Shown in pieces: positions 24,673 through 31,755 of a DNA stretch of 31,755 nt (its first letter is position 1; each line of letters starts with the position of its first letter). Origin of the DNA: a virus. Taxonomy: Duplodnaviria > Caudoviricetes. Both the position numbers and the translations under genes were made by a program. The notes under the pieces are model-generated. The model worked only from the letters and a program-made list of their open reading frames with translations, ran no database searches and was not told the DNA's origin. The stretch spans positions 1-31,755 of the IMG/VR virus record IMGVR_UViG_3300048080_000224. The stretch is one strand, 5' to 3'.

Positions 24673-24879
24673 GTGCCTGTTCGTGTCCAGGAGGAGCGGC
24701 CCACGAGCGTCCGGCTCGAGGTCTCCGGTGGTGCAGGTCTCGTCCGGCCACCCGCCCGAGCTCAGGCCGTCACGTCCGCCGCTGCTCCTGAACACGGCTA
24801 CCGCGTGACATGGACGCAGCCACGACCGCTGACGGAGGCCGAGCTCTTCGCGGCCTACGGCGTGGAGGCCGACGCATGA
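24673..24879 (+). CDS. Hypothetical protein (68 aa)
   Basis: SD GGAGGT before GTG; ATGA overlap with the next gene. Confidence 0.5.
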   Translation: MPVRVQEERPTSVRLEVSGGAGLVRPPARAQAVTSAAAPEHGYRVTWTQPRPLTEAELFAAYGVEADA

Positions 24880-25163
24880 GGCGGAACCGGGTGCCGGCCA
24901 CGCTCGCGTTGACGGTGTTCGCGCGCGACAAGGGCTGCGTCGCGCCGCGGCTCGGCGGAACGGCGCTGGACTGCTTCGGCCGGCTGCGGATCGAGCATGT
25001 CAAGGCGGAGCCGCGAATGGGCAAGCGCGCCGAACCCTTGGCAGAGCGCCTGGTGACTGTGTGCGAGGGCCACAGCGAACCCGGAATGCGAGCGGGCTAC
25101 GTGTGGTGCACCGACAAGCGGAACCGCGAGGCCATGCGCGAGTACCTGCGGAGCGTCGTGTGA
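24876..25163 (+). CDS. HNH-like / His-Cys nuclease-fold protein (95 aa)
   Basis: VFARDKGCV...C.GRLRIEHV...LVTVCEGH. Confidence 0.7.
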   Translation: MRRNRVPATLALTVFARDKGCVAPRLGGTALDCFGRLRIEHVKAEPRMGKRAEPLAERLVTVCEGHSEPGMRAGYVWCTDKRNREAMREYLRSVV

Positions 25164-25369
25164 GCCAGAACGACCGCCTGCTCACCTACCTCCGCGAGCG
25201 CCCGGGCGCGTCGTCACTCGAGATCGTCCGCGACCTCGGGATCCTGAACACCACCGGCCGGGTCTCGGATCTTCGGGCCGCGGGCCACGTCATTGAGGCG
25301 CGCCGCGTTGAGGGGGTGTTCCGGTATTGGCTGAGTGAGCGCGTTCAGATGGAACTGGCGCTGGCATGA
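25160..25369 (+). CDS. Winged-HTH protein (69 aa)
   Basis: SQNDRLLTYL...SSLEI...GRVSDLRAAGHVIE...YWL. Confidence 0.75.
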   Translation: MSQNDRLLTYLRERPGASSLEIVRDLGILNTTGRVSDLRAAGHVIEARRVEGVFRYWLSERVQMELALA

Positions 25370-26007
25370 GCCGCGACGGTCTCCCCCGCGCCTATCTCCG
25401 GATGTCGCCCGACCTAGACCAGCACCCGGACCCGCTGGCGATGATCCGGGCCATATGTGCGGCAGCTCGGCAGCCTGACCGCGGGCGCTTCCGAGACCCC
25501 CGTGTCCTCGAGCGGGCCATCGGGCGGCGTCAGTATCGCTTCATGGTGGACCGCGGCGACATCATTCCGGCCGAGCCGGGTCCAGGCATCTACCTCGATG
25601 GTTGGGACGAGTGGCAGGAAGGCGACTTCACCGTCGCCGAGCGGATGCGTCGGATGCGGGCTCGGCGGAAGCTCCGCACCGTATCGCGCGTTACGGTGCC
25701 AGCGTCACCACGCCGTAACGTTGTTACCACAGACGCCTTTACTACGGATTCGTCTAGTAGCTCCGCTGGCGTTGGCGTTGGCGAAGCCCCCAACCCCCGC
25801 CGAGCGGGGGCTTCAAATGGCAGCCCGAGAGCGGACCGGACAAACCCTCGAGCTGTCGCCGAGCGGGAGGCCACTGAGAAGCGACAGCGGCGACAGCAGC
25901 GTGAGCTGGCGTATCACCGCGGCGAGCTGACCGAACAGCAACTCGCCGACATGAACCGCGACGACGTGCCGCTCGACGCGATCGCGAGATTGGCGGTCTC
26001 GCTGTGA
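25366..26007 (+). CDS. Putative replication initiator (213 aa)
   Basis: LDGWDEWQ...AERMRRMRAR followed by a low-complexity linker carrying iteron-like DNA repeats. Confidence 0.65.
   Translation: MSRDGLPRAYLRMSPDLDQHPDPLAMIRAICAAARQPDRGRFRDPRVLERAIGRRQYRFMVDRGDIIPAEPGPGIYLDGWDEWQEGDFTVAERMRRMRARRKLRTVSRVTVPASPRRNVVTTDAFTTDSSSSSAGVGVGEAPNPRRAGASNGSPRADRTNPRAVAEREATEKRQRRQQRELAYHRGELTEQQLADMNRDDVPLDAIARLAVSL
25680..25784. other. Putative replication origin inside the initiator gene
   Basis: Clustered CGTTAC/CGTCAC/CGTAAC/TGTTAC, a locally lower-GC stretch, then TGGCG(T/A) x3. Confidence 0.45.
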
Positions 26008-26270
26008 GCGAGCTGCTGACGTGCTTGGTCTGCGGCCACGAGGCGCACGACGTCGGCGTGGCGCTCGTCGCCTGGCGGCAGCCGCTGGGCCGGGAGCAGT
26101 TCAGCGCCATCCCCCGCTGCCGTGACCGGGAGGCGTGCCGCAGCAGGCTCGAGGCGATCGGAGACGAGTGGCCAGTCGACGATGGCTCAGCGCCGACGCT
26201 GCGACCGGTCACCGTCCTGCCGGAGCCGGAGCCCGAGCCAGCATCGGCCGAGGCGCCGTCGTGGCTGTGA
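26004..26270 (+). CDS. Cys-rich hypothetical protein (88 aa)
   Basis: CLVCGH...RCRDREAC; GTGA coupling. Confidence 0.7.
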   Translation: MSELLTCLVCGHEAHDVGVALVAWRQPLGREQFSAIPRCRDREACRSRLEAIGDEWPVDDGSAPTLRPVTVLPEPEPEPASAEAPSWL

Positions 26271-26366
26271 CACCGGGGGTACCTCGGATCTCTAGAAGCT
26301 CGGCGGGCCCACCACCCACGCTTACCTCGCTCAGGCGCCGGGCAGGTTCCGACCTTCACGCTCGCC

Positions 26367-26723
26367 ATGATTGAATCCCGTTCGCCCCGGACCGTCGCGG
26401 TGAGCACGCCACCGCCGACCAGCGAGCGCGACTTCCTTGCCCAGCTCATCGACCTGGCGCACCTCTACCACTGGCGCGTAGCCCACTTCCGACCGGCCTG
26501 GACGGGCCGTGGCTGGCGGACGCCGGTCCAAGGTGACGGCGCGGGCTTCCCGGACACGATCCTCATCCGCCCGCCGCGGATCCTGGCCGTCGAGCTCAAG
26601 TCGGCGCGCGGCAAGGCGTCTGACGAGCAGCTGGCCTGGCTCGAGGTGTTCGCCGGCTGCGGCGTCGAGACGTTCGTCTGGCAGCCCCGCGACTTCGAGC
26701 GGATTGTCGAGATCCTGCGATGA
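26367..26723 (+). CDS. VRR-NUC (PD-(D/E)xK) nuclease, probable Holliday junction resolvase (start may be 26400)
   Basis: SERDF, GFPDTILIR, AVELKSARGKASDEQLAWL. Confidence 0.88.
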   Translation: MIESRSPRTVAVSTPPPTSERDFLAQLIDLAHLYHWRVAHFRPAWTGRGWRTPVQGDGAGFPDTILIRPPRILAVELKSARGKASDEQLAWLEVFAGCGVETFVWQPRDFERIVEILR

Positions 26724-26956
26724 TCGCCCACCGCATCTTCGCCATCTCCTTCGCCCGCGGCGAGGTCGACTGCGAATGCCACGCCGTCATCAGCGAGCCC
26801 GCTGATCCGGCCGGCGACCGCGATGAGGGTCTCGTCTCGGCCTGGAACGAGCACCGCCGCAGCGTCGGCGCACCGGTCCGCTCGATCAGCGGGACGATCG
26901 GCAAGCGTCTCGCGTCAGGGCAGCGGTTCGCGCTGCATCTCAAGGCGCTGCGGTGA
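26720..26956 (+). CDS. Hypothetical protein (78 aa)
   Basis: ATGA and GTGA overlaps; CEC..WNEH. Confidence 0.65.
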   Translation: MIAHRIFAISFARGEVDCECHAVISEPADPAGDRDEGLVSAWNEHRRSVGAPVRSISGTIGKRLASGQRFALHLKALR

Positions 26957-28137
26957 CGCTCGTCATCGTCCATCGTGACGACTGGCTGACCCTATACAAC
27001 GGCGACTGGCTCGACGTCCTCCGCGAGCTCGCTGCCGAGAGCGTCCATTGCGTCGTCACGTCGCCGCCGTACTGGGGGCTCCGTGACTACGGGCACATCG
27101 GCCAGCTCGGTCTCGAGCCGACGCCAGAGGCATACGTTGCGCGCCTCGTCGAGGGCTTCCGCGAGGTCCGGCGGGTGCTGCGGAAGGACGGGACGCTCTG
27201 GCTGAACCTAGGGGACTCCTACATCAGCGGGCAGGGCGGACGTCAGTCGGCGGCTGGCGCGTGTCGCGGCACAATCCGGCAGGACAGGCCGATACCGAAG
27301 GCTCGCCCAGAACTGCCGAATGCGCCAGCGGGATGGGCGGAACGAGCCGTGACACCGCGAACCTATCCGGCTGCGAACAATCCCTATGGCTGGAAGCCGA
27401 AGGACCTAGCGGGTATCCCATGGCGCGTCGCGTTCGCCCTCCAGGTCGACGGCTGGTACCTGCGCAGCGACGTCATCTGGGCGAAGCCGAACCCGAAGCC
27501 CGAGTCCGTCACCGACCGTCCGACGCGAGCCCACGAGTACCTGTTCCTGCTGTCGAAGTCGCCGAGGTATTTCTTCGACGCCGACGCGGTACGGGAGCCC
27601 GCGCTATGGCCGGATGGTCCGAACTCGCCGGAGTCGATCAAGTCACCGCATGGGCAGGGCTTCACTCGGGCGGCTGGCAACCCGACGTGGGAACAGCGCA
27701 AGGCAGCGGGCGCGCACGCGGGCGGTCATGGGCCGCTCGCCATCGAGGGCAGCGGAACGCAGCGCAATGTCCACGGCAATGGCCTGACTCACGACCTTGG
27801 CAGCCGCACCGGCCGTAACCTCCGTTCCGTCTGGACGATCGCGACCGAGCCCTACCCCGGCGCTCACTTCGCCACGTTCCCGCAGCGGCTCGTCGAGCCG
27901 TGCATCTTGGCCGGCTGCCCGGTGGGTGGCACGGTTCTCGACTGTTTCGCCGGCTCCGGCACGACCGGCCTCGTGGCCGAGCGCCTTGGCCGACGGAGCA
28001 TCCTCATCGAGCTCTCGGCCGACTATGCGGCGCAGGCGATGGAGCGCATCGCCGGTGGCCGCCGCGACGGGACCGGACCGGCGCTCGACTTACCGCTGCC
28101 GGCACCGGAAGGTTCCCTGTGGGATGTGCCGGCGTGA
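26953..28137 (+). CDS. Orphan amino-DNA methyltransferase, beta class (N4-C/N6-A)
   Basis: Motif IV VTSPPY near the N-terminus; HFATFP and motif I DCFAGSGTT near the C-terminus. Confidence 0.93.
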   Translation: MTLVIVHRDDWLTLYNGDWLDVLRELAAESVHCVVTSPPYWGLRDYGHIGQLGLEPTPEAYVARLVEGFREVRRVLRKDGTLWLNLGDSYISGQGGRQSAAGACRGTIRQDRPIPKARPELPNAPAGWAERAVTPRTYPAANNPYGWKPKDLAGIPWRVAFALQVDGWYLRSDVIWAKPNPKPESVTDRPTRAHEYLFLLSKSPRYFFDADAVREPALWPDGPNSPESIKSPHGQGFTRAAGNPTWEQRKAAGAHAGGHGPLAIEGSGTQRNVHGNGLTHDLGSRTGRNLRSVWTIATEPYPGAHFATFPQRLVEPCILAGCPVGGTVLDCFAGSGTTGLVAERLGRRSILIELSADYAAQAMERIAGGRRDGTGPALDLPLPAPEGSLWDVPA

Positions 28138-28823
28138 GCCGCCTCGTCGTCTGCCCGGAGTGCCAGGGTACCGGCGGGCCGCTGACCTTCGGCGCGGCCG
28201 GCGGTTCGCCGATTTGCCTCGACTGCGACGGCGCGGGCCGCATTGCCGACCGCCGCCAGCCCATCCAGCTCCGGCCGACCGGCCTGCTCTATCTCATCTT
28301 CGCGGCCATGCTCGCCGCCGGCTTTCTGGCCGGCCGGGTTTCGGCTTCGGCTCCGCGGCCGTCGCAGGACGTTGCTCCTGCCACGACCGGGGCGCCGCTC
28401 GGGGACTCCCGGGTCCCGTCCTCGTCGGCCGCGTTCGACGGGCAGGCAAGCTCGAGCGGCGCCCCACCTTCGCCGACGGCCGCGCCGGCCCAGCCCATCG
28501 CGGCCGCGCCGGCATTCGTGAGGTCCGGCGTGGCCTCCTGGTACTGCAACTTCGATGCCGTCCGCGGTCCTGTCTCGCCCTGCACGGCCAACATCACCGA
28601 CGGGCCGGGCTTCGACGGCTGGATCGCGGCCGGCCCGGCACTGCGCGTCGGCGAGTGGCGGGACCGAGAGGTCATCGTGTTCGGGCCAGCGGGCTACTCG
28701 ACGGCGACGATCGTCGATTTCTGCGCCTGTCCTGGCCGGCTCGTCGACCTCTACGCCGACCTGTTCCTTGCGGTCTGCGGGCCGCTGAGCATGGGCATCT
28801 GCGAGGTGAGCGTGACGTGGTGA
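28134..28823 (+). CDS. Membrane-anchored RlpA-like double-psi beta-barrel protein with N-terminal DnaJ-type Zn finger (229 aa)
   Basis: CPECQGTG..CLDCDGAG, TM helix, Ser/Ala/Pro linker, GVASWY...IVDFCAC..RLVDL...F...GPLSMGI..V.V.W. Confidence 0.7.
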   Translation: MSRLVVCPECQGTGGPLTFGAAGGSPICLDCDGAGRIADRRQPIQLRPTGLLYLIFAAMLAAGFLAGRVSASAPRPSQDVAPATTGAPLGDSRVPSSSAAFDGQASSSGAPPSPTAAPAQPIAAAPAFVRSGVASWYCNFDAVRGPVSPCTANITDGPGFDGWIAAGPALRVGEWRDREVIVFGPAGYSTATIVDFCACPGRLVDLYADLFLAVCGPLSMGICEVSVTW

Positions 28824-29032
28824 CGATCCCGATGCCGAAGCGTGCGAAGTGTCCGAAGTGCGGCCACTGGTCGCGGGATTACAACGTCGGAACGTGCCTT
28901 CGGTCGATGCCTCGTGCCGGTCGCCCGCTTCGAGACAGGGACGGGGCGAAGTTCGTCTACCTCTGCGGCTGCGGAGTTTGGCAAGGCCCACGTCCATGGC
29001 TTGGGGAGGGTCCGGCATGGGCTCATCGATGA
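28820..29032 (+). CDS. Small Cys-rich protein (70 aa)
   Basis: CPKCGH...C...CGC; GTGA overlap. Confidence 0.55.
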   Translation: MTIPMPKRAKCPKCGHWSRDYNVGTCLRSMPRAGRPLRDRDGAKFVYLCGCGVWQGPRPWLGEGPAWAHR

Positions 29033-29145
29033 TCCGCCGCTATGTCCATTCAGTCCTGGCGCTGGCCGGCTTCCTCCTCATGCTGCCGCTGGCGCTCGCC
29101 TGGATCGTCGCGGCGCTGCTGCTGCGGCGGGAGGAGGAGGAATGA
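29017..29145 (+). CDS. Small membrane protein (42 aa)
   Basis: SD GGGGAGG; single long hydrophobic stretch. Confidence 0.55.
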   Translation: MGSSMIRRYVHSVLALAGFLLMLPLALAWIVAALLLRREEEE

Positions 29146-29555
29146 CCAAGCTGGCCGAGCGGCAATGTGGCTACGTCTGTGGCATCCCGGAGAAGTCTCA
29201 CGCGATGGAGGAGCACCCGTTTCAGCCCGCCGCCATCCTCGGTGCGCCATCGAAGCCGCCCGCTCCGGCGCAGCGACTCACCGCTGAACTGCCACAACGC
29301 GAAGCCGAGGCCACTGCCCCACTCCGCGCCGAACTTGCTGACTGCGGGGAAGCCTTGTCGATGGCCGAGGAGGCATATTCAACGCAACTTGCCGAACTCG
29401 AAGCCCTGCGTCGGCTGGCGGAGGCAGCGCGTGCGGTGCTCGCCTGCGGTGTCGGCAATCTCTCACCCCCGAGGTACGCCGCTCGCGTCGAGGCGTTTGA
29501 CGGACTCGACGATGCCCTCGACGCCCTGCCGCCCGAATGGCGAGAGCCCGCGTGA
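29142..29555 (+). CDS. Hypothetical coiled-coil protein (137 aa)
   Basis: SD GGAGGAGG; ATGA overlap. Confidence 0.65.
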   Translation: MTKLAERQCGYVCGIPEKSHAMEEHPFQPAAILGAPSKPPAPAQRLTAELPQREAEATAPLRAELADCGEALSMAEEAYSTQLAELEALRRLAEAARAVLACGVGNLSPPRYAARVEAFDGLDDALDALPPEWREPA

Positions 29556-29570
29556 GGGTTTGACGGCCCG

Positions 29571-29717
29571 ATGACCCTCCCCACCTGGCTCCACGACCCC
29601 GCGCCGCATCCCCTCTATCGCGCCCTGCTGCGCCGCGTCCGCCTCCTGGTGCTCGCCGAGCTCAACCTCGTCGCCGCGACGGCGCTCTCGATCGTCAGTG
29701 GGCGCTGGTGGTGGTGA
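29571..29717 (+). CDS. Small hydrophobic protein (48 aa; not in ORF track)
   Basis: MTLPTWLHDP...LLVLAELNLVAATALSIVSGRWWW; GTGA overlap with xis. Confidence 0.45.
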   Translation: MTLPTWLHDPAPHPLYRALLRRVRLLVLAELNLVAATALSIVSGRWWW

Positions 29718-29893
29718 GCGAGCTGCTGACGCTCGACGAGGTCGCCGCGGCGCTGCGCGTCTCGCGCCGGACCGTCGAGCGCCTGGTCGCGGCAGGGCGG
29801 CTGCGGCCGGTGCACGTCGGTCGTCGGCCACTGATCACTGCCGTCGAGCTCGAGGCGTACGTCGCTGCCGCGGCTGGACGGCGACTGGCATGA
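29714..29893 (+). CDS. xis: Excisionase (HTH_17/Xis family)
   Basis: LLTLDEVAAALRVSRRTVERLVAAGRL; directly upstream of the integrase. Confidence 0.88.
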   Translation: MSELLTLDEVAAALRVSRRTVERLVAAGRLRPVHVGRRPLITAVELEAYVAAAAGRRLA

Positions 29894-29900
29894 TAGCCCG

Positions 29901-30974
29901 GTGCGCAGGAGGCGAGCCTATGGCAGCGGGACCCTGTTCCGGCGTCCGGCCGGGCGCTGGGTCGCCCAGGTCGGTTACCGCGGAACCGACGGCCGGCGCA
30001 AGTACCTGACCCGGGTCGCGCGGGACGAGCGCTCGGCGACGTTCGCCCTCCAGGCGCTCCTCGCCAGGGTCGGCGCCGGCCGCACTGCCGCCGACGGACA
30101 GCAGACGCTCGACACGTTTCTCGACGCCTGGCTGACGAAGGTCGCCGACACCGTCCGCGCGACGACGCTGCGGAGCTATCGCGGTCACGTCGAGCTGCAC
30201 GTCAGCCCGCTGCTCGGCGGCATCCCGATCGAGGAGCTGCGCGTCGTCGACGTCGAGCGGCTCATCCGGTCACGCCGAGCTGCCGGCAAGGCGCCGGCGA
30301 CCATCCGCCGGATCCTGACGACGCTCGGCATGGCCCTCGAGGAAGCGGTCACGGACGGCCTGTTGGCGCGCAACGTGGCTCGCCAGGTGAAGCGGCCGAA
30401 GGTGGAGTATCGAGCCATCAGCGCGATGACCGCGGAGCGTGCCCGCGAGGTTCTCGCCGCCGTAGCCGCGGACCGGGACGCGGCGCTCTACGTGCTTCTG
30501 CTCGGCTCGGGGCTCCGGGTGGGCGAGGCGCTTGCGCTGGACTGGCGCGACGTCGACCTCGAGTACGGAACGGTCTTCGTCCGGCGCGGGAAGACGGCGC
30601 GCTCGACCCGGACGATCCCGGTTCCGCCATCGGTCGTTGCCGCGCTGCGTGCTCACCGTGCCCGGTCGTCGACGATCGATCCGGCCGCGCCCGTCTTCAC
30701 CGGCTCCCGAAAAGGCGAGCGCCTGCGTGTCGACGTCGTGACGCATCGGCTGCCGCGGCTCCTCGAGGCTGCTGGCCTGCCGCGGCTCCGCGTGCACGAT
30801 CTGCGCCATGCCCACGCAACGCTGTTGCTCGCCGCCGGCGTACCGATGCAGATGATCGCCGACCAGCTGGGGCACGCCAATCCGGCCGTCACCGCGAACG
30901 TTTACGCGCACGTCCAGCCGGGCGCGCTGCGGCAGGCCGTGGACGCGCTCGACGACTACATCCGACACGGTTGA
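29901..30974 (+). CDS. int: Tyrosine integrase
   Basis: GLRVGEALAL, GKT, HDLRH, LGH...TANVYAH; N-terminal arm-binding region GSGTLF...GRW. Confidence 0.96.
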   Translation: MRRRRAYGSGTLFRRPAGRWVAQVGYRGTDGRRKYLTRVARDERSATFALQALLARVGAGRTAADGQQTLDTFLDAWLTKVADTVRATTLRSYRGHVELHVSPLLGGIPIEELRVVDVERLIRSRRAAGKAPATIRRILTTLGMALEEAVTDGLLARNVARQVKRPKVEYRAISAMTAERAREVLAAVAADRDAALYVLLLGSGLRVGEALALDWRDVDLEYGTVFVRRGKTARSTRTIPVPPSVVAALRAHRARSSTIDPAAPVFTGSRKGERLRVDVVTHRLPRLLEAAGLPRLRVHDLRHAHATLLLAAGVPMQMIADQLGHANPAVTANVYAHVQPGALRQAVDALDDYIRHG

Positions 30975-30992
30975 CGAACCGGTTGACTAACC
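30969..30992 (+). repeat. Integrase arm-type sites, left arm (GGTTGACGAACC, GGTTGACTAACC)
   Basis: Tandem 12-bp repeats; TTGACTAACC recurs at 31139-31148. Confidence 0.75.
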
Positions 30993-31023
30993 CGGCCCCC
31001 GATTCGTGCGGCCCGCCGTCGTC

Positions 31024-31068
31024 TTGTGGATCCGAAGGTTATGGGTTCGACCCCCATAGGCCACCCCA
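31024..31068 (+). other. attP core = 3' half of tRNA-His(GTG)
   Basis: TT-GTG-GA anticodon loop, T-arm ATGGG-TTCGACC-CCCAT, acceptor strand AGGCCAC-C-CCA (C discriminator as in tRNA-His). No 5' half present. Confidence 0.88.
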
Positions 31069-31124
31069 CATCCTCGAACGATTGGAACGCTCGTTCGCCG
31101 CCACCCGACGACAGGTTGCGACAT

Positions 31125-31148
31125 TAATCACTAACTGATTGACTAACC
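31125..31148 (+). repeat. Integrase arm-type sites, right arm (TAATCACTAACT, GATTGACTAACC)
   Basis: 12-bp period; shares ACTAAC / TTGACTAACC with the left arm. Confidence 0.7.
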
Positions 31149-31168
31149 GGCCGGGCGGAAGCTACGCT
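31139..31168 (+). promoter_or_regulatory. Putative promoter overlapping the attP arm site
   Basis: TTGACT, 18 nt, TACGCT; predicted start ~31175. Confidence 0.55.
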
Positions 31169-31174
31169 CGCCGC

Positions 31175-31242
31175 CGTGACGGAACCATCCTCCTCCTCCG
31201 GCACGACCCGGCCGGTCGTCCCTTCCTCCTCGGCCGGCCGGG
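31175..31242 (+). ncRNA. Candidate sRNA/leader: two hairpins with anti-SD loops
   Basis: Stem 31175-83/31197-205 with loop ACCATCCTCCTCC; 12-bp stem 31207-18/31231-42 with loop TCCCTTCCTCCT. Confidence 0.55.
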
Positions 31243-31252
31243 CGCTCCCGGC

Positions 31253-31540
31253 ATGACAGCAGTTCGGCCCGAGAGCCTGAGCGATCGCGTGACGCGTCTC
31301 GAGACACTGTTCGAGGGCCTCGGCGGCCAGATCAGCCGCGAGCTCGAAGTCGCCGGCAAGATCCATGAGGCGACCGAGCGCAGCATCAGCGCCCTGACCG
31401 CGATCGTCGATCACCAGGACAAGCGCCTCGACAAGATCGAGCTGCGGATCGCCTGGGCGATGGGCGCCGTGGCCGTAATCGTCGTCGTCGTCGACGTCCT
31501 CGCGCCGCTGCTGCGCCAGACACTCGGGCTGCCGACGTGA
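31253..31540 (+). CDS. Coiled-coil + C-terminal TM protein, XhlA-like/holin-like (95 aa)
   Basis: DRVTRLET...DKRLDKIELRIAWAMGAVAVIVVVV. Confidence 0.6.
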   Translation: MTAVRPESLSDRVTRLETLFEGLGGQISRELEVAGKIHEATERSISALTAIVDHQDKRLDKIELRIAWAMGAVAVIVVVVDVLAPLLRQTLGLPT

Positions 31541-31626
31541 GACACGACCGGGCCGTGGCGACCGTCGCCGCGCTGTTCATCGTCGTGATCCTGCTCATCG
31601 TCGTCCTGCCGGACGCGCTGCGATGA
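31537..31626 (+). CDS. Tiny TM peptide (29 aa; not in ORF track)
   Basis: MRHDRAVATVAALFIVVILLIVVLPDALR; GTGA and ATGA overlaps on both sides. Confidence 0.5.
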   Translation: MRHDRAVATVAALFIVVILLIVVLPDALR

Positions 31627-31755
31627 CGCCGTTCTCTCCGGCTCGTTCATGCTGCGTAAATCGTCCGCGAGAATGGGGCGAGGCCCGTCATGCCACGATC
31701 CGGCTAGCCACGACCGCCGAACGCGAGAGCCTCGGGCCATTTTGGGCCACCGGCA

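Larger units (their letters stand above)
1..31755. mobile_element. Temperate siphovirus genome segment (HK97-type head), attP-containing form
   Basis: Portal, protease, capsid, neck, tail, repressor/cro, recombination, replication, xis/int and attP modules in canonical order. No host housekeeping genes in the window. Confidence 0.96.

Noticed and set aside
26953-28137. Restriction-modification system
   Set aside because: No cognate restriction gene is evident; the nearby VRR-NUC is a common phage resolvase-type gene, and orphan MTases are routine in phages.
31000-31068. Complete tRNA-His gene
   Set aside because: No 5' acceptor strand or D-arm, and the anticodon stem does not pair fully; it is an att core.

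Overview
Most of the genome of a high-GC temperate siphovirus with an HK97-type head. It appears to be the excised (attP) form: an intact attP with a tRNA-His 3'-half core and arm repeats on both sides lies between the integrase and holin-like genes. Gene order: portal (3' part), two extra virion-type genes, HNH gene (interrupted), prohead protease, major capsid, head/neck genes, tail tube, tail chaperone with a -1 frameshift, tape measure, tail tip/fibres, GT-C-like membrane gene and repressor (minus strand), cro, YqaJ/Bet recombination, replication initiator, VRR-NUC, DNA MTase, RlpA-like protein, xis, int, attP, holin-like genes. The HNH gene is split by a 3764-bp IS1-family cargo transposon (2741-6504; perfect 21-bp TIRs, 8-bp TSD ATCGCGGC). 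It carries a small basic protein, a putative toxin plus XRE-ImmA/IrrE peptidase pair (RosmerTA-like), the transposase, and a NYN/PIN RNase preceded by its own promoter and a highly structured ~125-nt leader RNA. That RNase-leader unit is the best candidate for an undescribed RNA-controlled toxin or defence module. A second candidate ncRNA, two hairpins with anti-Shine-Dalgarno loops, starts at a promoter embedded in the attP arm. All family calls are by-eye motif recognition and no searches were run. The host is not determined; high GC and many leaderless genes suggest Chloroflexota or Actinomycetota (inference).
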